In this document: positions 9,436-17,735 of the stretch, piece by piece | Position numbering within the stretch: position 1 is the stretch's first letter | Layout of the letters: every line of letters starts with the position of its first letter | Source of the DNA: Planctomycetota bacterium | GTDB lineage: Bacteria; Patescibacteriota; Patescibacteriia; Patescibacteriales; UBA12465 | Reading direction: 5' to 3' | Length of the DNA stretch: 32,309 bases | Assembly: GCA_025453315.1 (NCBI GenBank) | Contig: JALOQQ010000002.1 | Span: 1-32,309 of the forward strand | Notes under the pieces: generated by a model | The model's input: only the letters and a program-made list of their open reading frames with translations | Database searches by the model: none | What the model was told of the DNA's origin: nothing | Position numbers and translations under genes: made by a program

Positions 9436-9531
9436 TAATCTAATATTGTCTTCTCAAGGGACAATCTATTTGTTTAATGAAGGAGACAAAGAAAAACTAA
9501 AGTAAAATAATAAATATTAATAACAATTATT

Positions 9532-9669
9532 ATGCCAAAGCGCACCTATCAACCAAACAAGAAGCGTGCCCAGAAAAAACATGGATTCTTAAAGAGAATG
9601 AGCACTGCTAATGGTAGAAATGTTTTAAAAAGACGAAAAGATAAGGGTAGAAAAGTTTTATCTAAATAA
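9532..9669 (+). CDS. rpmH: 50S ribosomal protein L34
   Basis: 45-aa ORF below the ORF-track cutoff: [45 protein letters not shown]. Canonical L34 sequence in the canonical position upstream of rnpA. Confidence 0.92.
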   Translation: MPKRTYQPNKKRAQKKHGFLKRMSTANGRNVLKRRKDKGRKVLSK

Positions 9670-9673
9670 AAAC

Positions 9674-10015
9674 ATGATTTTTAAGCAAGTTAGGCTTGCC
9701 AACCACAATGATTTTTTGAAAGTCTTTAAAACGGGACGTTCTTATTATAGTAAAAACATTGGGATTAGAAGTGCTCTTAATGATTTGGGATTAAACAGGA
9801 TTGGAATTTTAGTTGGATTAAGGGTATCTAAAATAGCAGTCAAAAGAAATAAAGTTAAAAGAATAATAAGAGGAATATTGCTCAAAGAAAAAGAAGAACT
9901 AAACAGCGGGAATGACATTGTTGTTATTGTTCAGCCCGGTATTTTAGACAAAAAAAGCACAGAAATAGAAGCAGAATTAAAAATAGCACTAAAAAAAGCA
10001 GGACTTTATAACTAA
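9674..10015 (+). CDS. rnpA: ribonuclease P protein component
   Basis: 113 aa, basic. [15 protein letters not shown] (RNR-type motif). Synteny rpmH-rnpA-yidD-yidC. Confidence 0.85.
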   Translation: MIFKQVRLANHNDFLKVFKTGRSYYSKNIGIRSALNDLGLNRIGILVGLRVSKIAVKRNKVKRIIRGILLKEKEELNSGNDIVVIVQPGILDKKSTEIEAELKIALKKAGLYN

Positions 10016-10017
10016 TT

Positions 10018-10272
10018 ATGCTTAATTTTAAATATCACCCACGTTATTTTGTCATCAGATTGATTAAACTATATCAAAAAACAATTTCTTTTGATCATGG
10101 TTTTTTTAAATTTTTATATCCTCATGGATTCTGTCGCTTTAAACCAACTTGTTCAGAGTATGCCGTTTCGGCACTAGAAAAATACGGTTTATTTAAAGGA
10201 ACGATTAAGGCTATTTGGAGAATATTGCGTTGCAACCCCTTTAATAAGGGTGGTTACGACCCATTAAAATAA
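10018..10272 (+). CDS. yidD: membrane protein insertion efficiency factor YidD
   Basis: 84 aa. [11 protein letters not shown] ... [15 protein letters not shown] hallmark. Confidence 0.9.
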   Translation: MLNFKYHPRYFVIRLIKLYQKTISFDHGFFKFLYPHGFCRFKPTCSEYAVSALEKYGLFKGTIKAIWRILRCNPFNKGGYDPLK

Positions 10273-10313
10273 TTTTTAATTTATAACCTTTTTATCTAAG
10301 GTTAGCCAAAAAA

Positions 10314-11075
10314 ATGATTTTCTTATTTCAAGTTATTTTTTATCAACCAATTTTAAACGTTTTGATTTTGTTATATAATTTTATTCCCGGTCACGATCTA
10401 GGAATTGCTATTATATTGCTAACCATAATTATTAAGTTGGTTCTTTGGCCACTTTCTAATCAGGCAATTAAGTCACAAAAGTATCTTCAAGATCTTCAAC
10501 CCAAAATTAATGAGTTAAAAGCTAAGTATGTGAATGATAAACAAGAAATGTCTAAAGCTTTAATGCTTTTATATAAAGAGCATAAAATAAACCCCTTTTC
10601 TTCTTGTTTGCCAATTTTAATTCAACTCCCCTTTCTTATTGCTGTTTACCAAGTTTTCCAAGATGGAATGAACAATAAATTGGGATTGGTCTATTCTTTT
10701 ATTACTAGACCAGAAAGCATTAACACTATTTCTTTTGCTTGGTTTAATGGTTTTGCTCTTAACTTAGCGGAAAAAAATATTTATTTAGCTATTTTGGCTG
10801 GAGCAGCTCAGTTTGTGCAAGCGAAAATGATGAGCACCAAAAGGTCTACGATTAAAACAGAGGGGGCAAAAGATGAAGATATGGCAGCCATAATGAACAA
10901 ACAAATGCTTTATTTTATGCCAGCTTTAACTGTTTTTATTGGTATGAGCCTACCAGCCGGTTTAACTCTTTATTGGTTTATTTCTACTTTATTAGCCGCG
11001 CTACAGCAACTAGTAGTTTTTAGAAAAATAAAAAAACCAGAGCACTCAGTTATTGAAGGAGAAGTGGTTAAATAA
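10314..11075 (+). CDS. yidC: membrane protein insertase YidC (short, monoderm-type)
   Basis: 253 aa, 5 TM-like segments. Motifs PLSNQAIKSQ, MLLYKEHKINPFSSCLPILIQLP, PAGLTLYW. Confidence 0.9.
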   Translation: MIFLFQVIFYQPILNVLILLYNFIPGHDLGIAIILLTIIIKLVLWPLSNQAIKSQKYLQDLQPKINELKAKYVNDKQEMSKALMLLYKEHKINPFSSCLPILIQLPFLIAVYQVFQDGMNNKLGLVYSFITRPESINTISFAWFNGFALNLAEKNIYLAILAGAAQFVQAKMMSTKRSTIKTEGAKDEDMAAIMNKQMLYFMPALTVFIGMSLPAGLTLYWFISTLLAALQQLVVFRKIKKPEHSVIEGEVVK

Positions 11076-11113
11076 ACTTTATCATATAACCCATAAATTT
11101 TAGGTAAATTAGA

Positions 11114-11185
11114 GTCCTCATAGTTTAATGGATAGAACGAGAACCTCCTAAGTTCTAAATCCACGTTCGATTCGTGGTGAGGACA
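11114..11185 (+). tRNA. tRNA-Arg (anticodon CCT)
   Basis: Hand-folded cloverleaf. Acceptor GTCCTCA/TGAGGAC, anticodon stem AGAAC/GTTCT with loop CTCCTAA, T arm CCACG-TTCGATT-CGTGG. 72 nt, no encoded CCA. Confidence 0.9.
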
Positions 11186-11205
11186 CAGGAGTGTTAATAA
11201 TATTG

Positions 11206-11234
11206 TTGCTTAATTTTCTAAATATTATTATAAT
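11206..11234 (+). promoter_or_regulatory. putative promoter for tRNA-Ala
   Basis: TTGCTT, 17 nt spacer, TATAAT. About 37 nt upstream of the tRNA-Ala 5' end. Confidence 0.5.
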
Positions 11235-11270
11235 AAAAATTGTTTGTTAATTTTGTATTTTGTATATTTA

Positions 11271-11344
11271 GGGCCATTAGCTCAGTTGGCTAGAGCGCTT
11301 CCATGGCATGGAAGAGGTCAAGGGTTCAAGTCCCTTATGGTCCA
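11271..11344 (+). tRNA. tRNA-Ala (anticodon GGC)
   Basis: Acceptor GGGCCAT/ATGGTCC with the G3:U70 alanine identity pair. Anticodon stem CTTCC/GGAAG with loop ATGGCAT. T arm AAGGG-TTCAAGT-CCCTT. 74 nt. Confidence 0.9.
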
Positions 11345-11452
11345 CAATTAAAATCTTCTTAAATTAAATTTATAAGTTCTTTATAGAACTTTCATCTTTT
11401 GTTTAGTTTTTTCAAAATAAAATACAATATTAACCAACCAAAAATCAAGATT

Positions 11453-11833
11453 ATGAAGAAGTACAGGATTCTTGTTGTGGATGATGAGCCCATTAATTTG
11501 GAGCTTATCTCAAGTTTTTTGAAAGATAATTATGAAGTTGTTACTGTTGATAATGGCGAAGCTGCCATTAAAATTGTTTCACAATCTCCCGGAGAGATTG
11601 ATGTTATTGTTTTAGATGTTAATATGCCGGTTAAAAATGGTTTTGAAGTGTGCCAAGAATTAATAGATGCACACCCCAACCATAGAATGAATAGCAAAAT
11701 TATGTTTTTCACGGCACAAGAAGCCCATGTTCGGGAAAAAAGTAGGGAATTTGGTTGTAGTTATTTAATGAAGCCTGGATCAAAGGATAATCTTTTAGGG
11801 GCAATAGAAAGAATTCTACAGGTTCTTAATTAA
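11453..11833 (+). CDS. stand-alone response-regulator receiver (CheY-like) protein
   Basis: Receiver signature LVVDDEP, phospho-acceptor VLDVNMP, FFTAQ, conserved Lys in YLMKPG. ATG at 11453 is preferred over the TTG at 11399 used by the ORF track. Confidence 0.8.
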   Translation: MKKYRILVVDDEPINLELISSFLKDNYEVVTVDNGEAAIKIVSQSPGEIDVIVLDVNMPVKNGFEVCQELIDAHPNHRMNSKIMFFTAQEAHVREKSREFGCSYLMKPGSKDNLLGAIERILQVLN

Positions 11834-11865
11834 ATTAAAAAATTAGAAAAAATGTTTTTCGCCCT

Positions 11866-11896
11866 TTAGTCTACGTTTATGTAGACTAATTTTTTT
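11866..11896 (+). terminator. intrinsic terminator after the receiver gene
   Basis: 9-bp stem TTAGTCTAC/GTAGACTAA, loop GTTTAT, then T7. Confidence 0.7.
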
Positions 11897-12017
11897 ACAA
11901 AAAATTTAGAAAATAGCCTATTTTATATATGTTTTATAAATATTTTATTAGTTGAATTTTATCTTTTAAAATAGTATAATGATAAATAAGAACTTAAATT
12001 AATGTAAAAATATAAAT

Positions 12018-12947
12018 ATGTACGATGTTATTATTTTGGGCGGTGGTCCAGCTGGGGTAAGTGCTGGAATTTTTGCTGCCAGAAGAGAAATGAAAACCTT
12101 GATGATTACTAAAAATATTGGCGGTCAAATGGTGTGGGCGGCTGAAATTGAAAATTATCCAGGATTTAAGCATATAGAAAGTTTTGACTTAATTGTTAAA
12201 ATGAGGGAACAAATTTTATCTTGTGGTGTGGAGTTAAAAGAAGAAGAAGTTCAAAAAATTGAAAAAAATGGTGATATTTTTGAAATTTATACATCCAAGA
12301 ATAAATATGAAAGCAAAACTTTGATTATAGCCATGGGCTTATCGCCAAAGAAATTGGCGGTTCCAGGAGAAGATCGTTTAAATGGTAAAGGAGTGTCTTA
12401 TTGTGCTAATTGTGATGGGCCATTATTTAGAAATAAGGCTGTGGCCGTTGTTGGCGGTGGAAACTCAGCCCTAGATGCGGCCGAAGTTTTGTCTAAAATA
12501 GCTAACAAGGTCTACTTAATCAATCACTCAGATTCTTTTAAGGGATTTGAGGTTTTGGTTAAAGAGGTTCAAAATAGAGAAAATATTGAAGTTATTTTTA
12601 ATTCAGAACTGAAAGAAATAAATGGCGAGAACTCGGTGCAAAATATAAAAATAGAAAATAAAGAAAAGGGTGTAAGAGAGATTTTAGTAGATGGAATTTT
12701 TATAGAAATTGGCAGAATTGCTAGCACCAACATAACATCGGGAATTGTTGAGCGAGATGAAAAGAATCAAATTATTATAAATGAAAAATGTGAAACTAAG
12801 ACCCCGGGTGTTTTTGCTGCGGGAGATGTTACTAATGGTGAATTTAAACAGATTACAATTGCCTCTGGCCAAGGAACAATAGCCGCACTAGCCGCTTATC
12901 AATATTTACAATTAGATAAAAAGAATCCTTTAGTTTGGACAAAATAA
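12018..12947 (+). CDS. trxB: low-Mr thioredoxin reductase-like flavoprotein disulfide reductase
   Basis: 309 aa. FAD site GGGPAG, redox-active C129-A-N-C132-DG, second dinucleotide site GGGNSA, FAAGDV. NHS replaces the HRR of the NADPH motif. Confidence 0.85.
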   Translation: MYDVIILGGGPAGVSAGIFAARREMKTLMITKNIGGQMVWAAEIENYPGFKHIESFDLIVKMREQILSCGVELKEEEVQKIEKNGDIFEIYTSKNKYESKTLIIAMGLSPKKLAVPGEDRLNGKGVSYCANCDGPLFRNKAVAVVGGGNSALDAAEVLSKIANKVYLINHSDSFKGFEVLVKEVQNRENIEVIFNSELKEINGENSVQNIKIENKEKGVREILVDGIFIEIGRIASTNITSGIVERDEKNQIIINEKCETKTPGVFAAGDVTNGEFKQITIASGQGTIAALAAYQYLQLDKKNPLVWTK

Positions 12948-13075
12948 ATTATTTTTATTTTGTTTAACAATAATTAGATTGATTGTTTCTTAGATTTTTT
13001 CTTTTTTAATATTTAAAATAATTTGCTAATATTAGCCAAATATAAGTAAAATTCTTATTATTTGGTAAAAAAAAT

Positions 13076-14401
13076 ATGGCCGAACAATATAACAAATCAC
13101 ATGTTATTGCTATCGACATGGGATATGGACATCAACGAGCAGCATATCCGTTTTTACCAATTAGTGAGGCTGGTGTTATCAGTGCTAATGATTACCCCGG
13201 CATTAAAGAGGCTGAAAAAAAAGATTGGGAAAGTGGAAGAAAATGGTACGAACTTTTATCTTATTTTAAGAAAGTTCCTTTTTTAGGTGACCTTGCTTTT
13301 TCCGTTATGGACTATTTTCAAAAAATAGAACCATTTTATCCAAGAAGAGATTTGTCAAAACAAATTACTCAACAAAAATATTTTTTTGATAAAGTAAAGA
13401 ATGGTTTGGGAAGAGACTTAATTCATAATTTAAACAAAAACCCACTTCCCTTTTTAACCACTTTTTTTGTTTGTGCTTATTTCGCGGAATATCATGGTTA
13501 TAAAAATGAAATTTATTGTGTTGTCTGTGATGCTGACATTTCTCGTTCTTGGGCCCCGGTCAATCCCAAAGAAAGTCGTATTATTTATTTAGCACCAAAC
13601 AAAAGAGTTAAAGAAAGATTACAACTATACGGCGTTAGAGCTAACCATATTTATGTTACGGGGTTTCCTTTACCAAAAGAAAACATTGGTAGTTTAGAAG
13701 AACAAGAAATATTAAAGACAGATTTAAGAACTAGATTGTTTAATCTTGATCCTAGACAGGTTTATTATAATAAATATCGAAAAACCATCGAAGAATGGAT
13801 GGATCCACAAAAATATCAACCACAAAAAAGAATTTTAACCTTAACTTTCGCGGTTGGCGGCGCAGGCGCTCAAAGAGAATTGGGCGTTACTATTTTGCAT
13901 AGTTTAAGAAATAAAATTAAAGCCAAAGAAATAAAACTTAATCTTATAGCAGGTATTAGGAAAGATGTTGCTGATTTATTTGCACACGAAGTTAAAGATT
14001 GTGAATTAGAGCTTGGTAGCGAAGTAGAAGTTATTTATTCGGAAGACAAAATGACCTCTTTCAAAATGTTTAATCAAACCCTACATAACACCGATATACT
14101 TTGGACTAAGCCATCGGAATTATCTTTTTATAGTGGTTTAGGTCTACCAATTATTATGTCGGATCCCGTTGGTTCTCAAGAACATTATAATCGTGACTGG
14201 TTAATGGCTATTGGTGCTGGAGTTGATAATCAAGATCCCAAATATACAGATGAGTGGTTGTTTGATTGGGTTAATTCTGGTTGGCTGGCTGAAGCGGCAA
14301 TGAAAGGTTTTATGGACGCTCCTAAGCTTGGAACTTATCATGTTGAAGATATTGTTTTACGTCATAAGATTAGTGAAATTCAAGACGCTCATTTGCTTTA
14401 A
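13076..14401 (+). CDS. putative GT-B glycosyltransferase, MGDG-synthase/UgtP (GT28)-like
   Basis: 441 aa. N-terminal IAIDMGYGHQRAA resembles the G-x-GH motif of the UgtP/MGDG synthase N-domain. C-terminal LWTKPSELSF...LPIIMSDPVGSQEHYNRDWL...GAG parallels KPGG...P-x-PGQE-x-x-N...GAA. Confidence 0.55.
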   Translation: MAEQYNKSHVIAIDMGYGHQRAAYPFLPISEAGVISANDYPGIKEAEKKDWESGRKWYELLSYFKKVPFLGDLAFSVMDYFQKIEPFYPRRDLSKQITQQKYFFDKVKNGLGRDLIHNLNKNPLPFLTTFFVCAYFAEYHGYKNEIYCVVCDADISRSWAPVNPKESRIIYLAPNKRVKERLQLYGVRANHIYVTGFPLPKENIGSLEEQEILKTDLRTRLFNLDPRQVYYNKYRKTIEEWMDPQKYQPQKRILTLTFAVGGAGAQRELGVTILHSLRNKIKAKEIKLNLIAGIRKDVADLFAHEVKDCELELGSEVEVIYSEDKMTSFKMFNQTLHNTDILWTKPSELSFYSGLGLPIIMSDPVGSQEHYNRDWLMAIGAGVDNQDPKYTDEWLFDWVNSGWLAEAAMKGFMDAPKLGTYHVEDIVLRHKISEIQDAHLL

Positions 14402-14403
14402 TT

Positions 14404-15345
14404 ATGTCTTGGCTTATTCTCGCGATTGTTTCCTACGTTATTTTAGCGGTAGTAAACTTAATGGATAAGTTTTTGGTTGATAATGTTTTACCGAGTAGTA
14501 AAGCCTATGCTTTTTTAGTTGGTTTCATGAGCGTTTTAATTATTATAATTGCCCCTTGGTTTTTAAATTGGCCGGGCTCTCATTTATTATTAGTTAATTT
14601 ATTAACCGGAGCTTTGTTCCCCCTAGCTTTATTGTTTTTGTATAGTTCTTTACACCGAGGAGATGCTTCTAAAATATTGGTTTTAATTGGTGGAATAGTT
14701 CCGGTCTTTTCTATAATTTTTTCTATAATTTTTCTTCAAGAAAAGTTTTCTAGTAACCAGTGGCTGGGGTTTGTTTTTCTTTTGATTGGTACTTTTGTTA
14801 TGGCTTTATTACCAGAACATCATAATTATTGGAAAGAACATGTGGGTATATTTAAAAGAAAATCTTTTCAAGGTCCTACATTGCTTTTAGCTATTTTAGC
14901 ATCTTTGTTTTTTGCCGCATTTTTTGTTGGGACAAAATATGCTTATACTGGACAAACTTTTTGGAGTGCTTTTATTTGGATCAGGATTGGTAGCGCTCTT
15001 ATGGCCTTGGCTTTTCTATTGCCAAAACACTGGCGCCATGAAATTATACGCTCTCTAACCCATCATTCTGGCCGTAGTAGTAAAAGCAATAAATGGTTAG
15101 TTTTGGGTAATCAAATTCTTTCTTCCGGTGGCTTTATTTTACAGAATTATGCAGTGTTTTTGGGTTCGGTGGCGGTAGTCAGTGCTCTTCAGGGGGTGCA
15201 ATATGCCGTTCTGTTAACACTAGGAATTGTGATAACTTTGTTTTTCCCTAAAATTTTAAAAGAAGATGTTTCTAAAAAGATTATTATCCAAAAAATAGCA
15301 GCGATTATTTGTATAGCCGTTGGACTTTATTATATTACTATATAA
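14404..15345 (+). CDS. DMT-superfamily (EamA-like) permease
   Basis: 313 aa, about 10 hydrophobic helices arranged as two similar halves. Starts 2 nt after the upstream GT. Confidence 0.7.
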   Translation: MSWLILAIVSYVILAVVNLMDKFLVDNVLPSSKAYAFLVGFMSVLIIIIAPWFLNWPGSHLLLVNLLTGALFPLALLFLYSSLHRGDASKILVLIGGIVPVFSIIFSIIFLQEKFSSNQWLGFVFLLIGTFVMALLPEHHNYWKEHVGIFKRKSFQGPTLLLAILASLFFAAFFVGTKYAYTGQTFWSAFIWIRIGSALMALAFLLPKHWRHEIIRSLTHHSGRSSKSNKWLVLGNQILSSGGFILQNYAVFLGSVAVVSALQGVQYAVLLTLGIVITLFFPKILKEDVSKKIIIQKIAAIICIAVGLYYITI

Positions 15346-15382
15346 AACAAATTATTTTTTAAAATTTGCTTTAGTTTTATTT

Positions 15383-16390
15383 ATGACCAAAACCAAAAAA
15401 AAGATTATTATTTTTTCCATTTTGATAATTTCGGTAACAATTTGGCTTTTAAAAACTTCTCATCCTTATCCTAGGGTTAAAGATATTAAATCAGACCCTT
15501 CTTTTTGGGGGGTAACTTTTTCTACTAAGTTTTCTGAAGAATTGGGATTAAACTGGCAAGAAGCTTATTTAGCAATTTTAGATGATTTAAAAGTTAAAGA
15601 TATTAGAATTCCGGTTTATTGGGATGAAATAGAGACTCAACAAAATAAATTTGATTTTAGTGATTATGATTTTATTTTAAATGAGGGAGCTAAAAGACAA
15701 GCTAAGTTTACTATAGCTATTGGGCGTCGTTTGCCTCGTTGGCCAGAATGTCACAGCCCAGAGTGGTTAAAAGAAATAAAACAAGATGAGGTTCAAAAAG
15801 CTACTTTAAAAATGTTAGAGACCGTCGTAGAACGCTATAAAAGTCGTCCAGAAATAATATATTGGCAAGTGGAAAATGAGCCACTTCTAGATCTTTTTGG
15901 AGAATGTCCAGACAGTGACCCGGCTTGGTTGAGAGAAGAGGTTTCTTTGGTAAGAAAACTAGACGATAGAGAAATTATTATTTCTGGATCGGGAGAATTA
16001 AGTAGTTGGCAAGAAGAGGGTAGAATAGGTGATATTTTTGGTACTACCATGTATAGAGTGGTTTATAATTCTGCGTTTGGTTATATACGTTATCCTTGGC
16101 CAGCCACTTTTTATTCTTTAAAAGCTAAGATGGCTCATATTGAGCCCCAGAATCGCATTGTCGCGGAGTTACAAGCCGAACCCTGGGTTCCAAATGGAAA
16201 AATGAGCGAAATGTCTAATAAAGAGGCTGATAGGTCAATGAGCTTAGAACAATTTAAATCTAATTTACAATTTGCTCAAAACGTTGGTTTTAGCAGAGTT
16301 TCTTTGTGGGGTGTCGAGTGGTGGTATTTTAAACTAAAGCAAGGAGATTCTTCTTTTTGGTACGAAGCTAAAAAATTATTTACTAATTAA
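15383..16390 (+). CDS. membrane-anchored glycoside hydrolase-like protein (clan GH-A TIM barrel)
   Basis: N-terminal TM (IIIFSILIISVTIWLL). VYWDEIE, then WQVENEP (acid/base NEP motif). Candidate nucleophile Glu about 100 aa later (VAELQAEPW). ATG at 15383 is preferred over the TTG at 15320. Confidence 0.6.
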   Translation: MTKTKKKIIIFSILIISVTIWLLKTSHPYPRVKDIKSDPSFWGVTFSTKFSEELGLNWQEAYLAILDDLKVKDIRIPVYWDEIETQQNKFDFSDYDFILNEGAKRQAKFTIAIGRRLPRWPECHSPEWLKEIKQDEVQKATLKMLETVVERYKSRPEIIYWQVENEPLLDLFGECPDSDPAWLREEVSLVRKLDDREIIISGSGELSSWQEEGRIGDIFGTTMYRVVYNSAFGYIRYPWPATFYSLKAKMAHIEPQNRIVAELQAEPWVPNGKMSEMSNKEADRSMSLEQFKSNLQFAQNVGFSRVSLWGVEWWYFKLKQGDSSFWYEAKKLFTN

Positions 16391-16402
16391 CTATATTAAT
16401 TC

Positions 16403-16432
16403 AAAAAAGACCCTTAGAGAAAGGTCTTTTTT
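16403..16432. terminator. weak bidirectional terminator-like hairpin
   Basis: AAAAAAGACC / GGTCTTTTTT stem with 10-nt loop, lying between convergent genes. Confidence 0.4.
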
Positions 16433-16539
16433 AATAGTAAAAAATTTTTATAACATAGCCGCTTTAAATAAAGACTCAAAAAATGTTTTGCTATATAATA
16501 ATTACAAGCCCTCAGACAAAGAAAGAAGAAGTTCAAAAG

Positions 16540-17613
16540 TTATTTTAAAAGAGGAATTATTAGGTCTGGCGCTTGTTTTATCCAGTCAGTAAAATCATTA
16601 TTTGCTTTATGATTTTTTAGATAATTTATTAATTCATCAATAACATATTTTTTATTCCAAATTCCAGCTCCCGCCGCGACAGCATCGTAGGCATTACAAA
16701 GTTGTTCAAAATGGCCCTCGGTTGGTACTAGTAGGGTCGGTTTTTTTAAATATAAGGCCTCACAAATAGACTCAAAACCCGCACTGCTAACGTAGGCCGT
16801 ACAGGACGATAATTTTTCTAAAAACAATTTATCGTGGAGGCGATAAAAGATTAAATTTTTATCTTGAACAAAAACCTCTTCAGCTTCTTTATTGTCCCAA
16901 AAAACCTCTAATTTTTGTTGAGAGTGTTTTTTGTGCCAAGCAATAATTTCCGGAGCATAGCCTGGGTTAAGAAGATAAACCAATAAAAAATTATTATTAG
17001 TATTTGGTAGTTGGTGGATTTCTTTCCTTAATAAGGGGGGCACTACAAAATAATTATTTTTTTGAAAAATACTTTTTATCGGTCGAAAAGAAAGGGCTAA
17101 TATTTTATCCGCTTTTAAAGCTGTTAAACGACTGTAAAATAAAAAAGCCTGTCGAGATAAATAATTATTCGGTGGTAAAGGAGCTTCTTTAAGAAAGAAA
17201 AAATATTGATGACCAATACAAATTAGTTTAGAGTGATGTTTTTTAAAGACGCGCGCCAAACCCGGTAAGGGGTCATAAAAGTTAACTATTATATCTGGGT
17301 TTGTTTCTTTAATAGTATTATTAATAAAAATCAGACTTTTAATAAAACGTCGCAAATGACTAATATTATATAAAATACTTTTTATAATTTGAACCCGGCG
17401 GTTATTTTTATCAAAACAAAAATTGGGACTAGAAAATTTTTCTACGCCAACGCCAATTTTTTCATAAAAGAATTTGGGTATTTCTCGATCATTATTTGTT
17501 CCAACTAACACTTTTATAACTTGATGCCCAGCTTCTTCTAAATGTTGTTTAAGCGATATGGCTTGAGTCATGTGTCCGCGGCCTTCGCCTTGGACAATAA
17601 AAAGATAATTCAT
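16540..17613 (-). CDS. GT-B glycosyltransferase (MurG/MJ1255-like family)
   Basis: N-terminal FIVQGEGRGHMTQAISL (G-x-G-x-GH nucleotide-sugar GT-B motif). C-terminal SSAGFESICEALYLKKPTLLVP. ATG at 17613 is preferred over the TTG at 17634. Confidence 0.65.
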   Translation of the reverse strand: MNYLFIVQGEGRGHMTQAISLKQHLEEAGHQVIKVLVGTNNDREIPKFFYEKIGVGVEKFSSPNFCFDKNNRRVQIIKSILYNISHLRRFIKSLIFINNTIKETNPDIIVNFYDPLPGLARVFKKHHSKLICIGHQYFFFLKEAPLPPNNYLSRQAFLFYSRLTALKADKILALSFRPIKSIFQKNNYFVVPPLLRKEIHQLPNTNNNFLLVYLLNPGYAPEIIAWHKKHSQQKLEVFWDNKEAEEVFVQDKNLIFYRLHDKLFLEKLSSCTAYVSSAGFESICEALYLKKPTLLVPTEGHFEQLCNAYDAVAAGAGIWNKKYVIDELINYLKNHKANNDFTDWIKQAPDLIIPLLK

Positions 17614-17735
17614 AGTGATTATAGTATAGCACAAAGAAGGGTCTATTAACTAAAATATTTTTATAATTTATTTTTTTTAGAGTTTGTACTAAAATGATTG
17701 TAATTACTAAATATTAGTTTATTTATAAGAAGTTT

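Noticed and set aside
10970-11164. ORF 10970-11164(-)
   Set aside because: It overlaps the yidC 3' end in antisense and runs through tRNA-Arg.
11530-13286. ORFs 11530-11712(-), 12684-12872(-) and 13062-13286(+)
   Set aside because: They are antisense or out of frame within the receiver gene, trxB and the GT28-like gene respectively.
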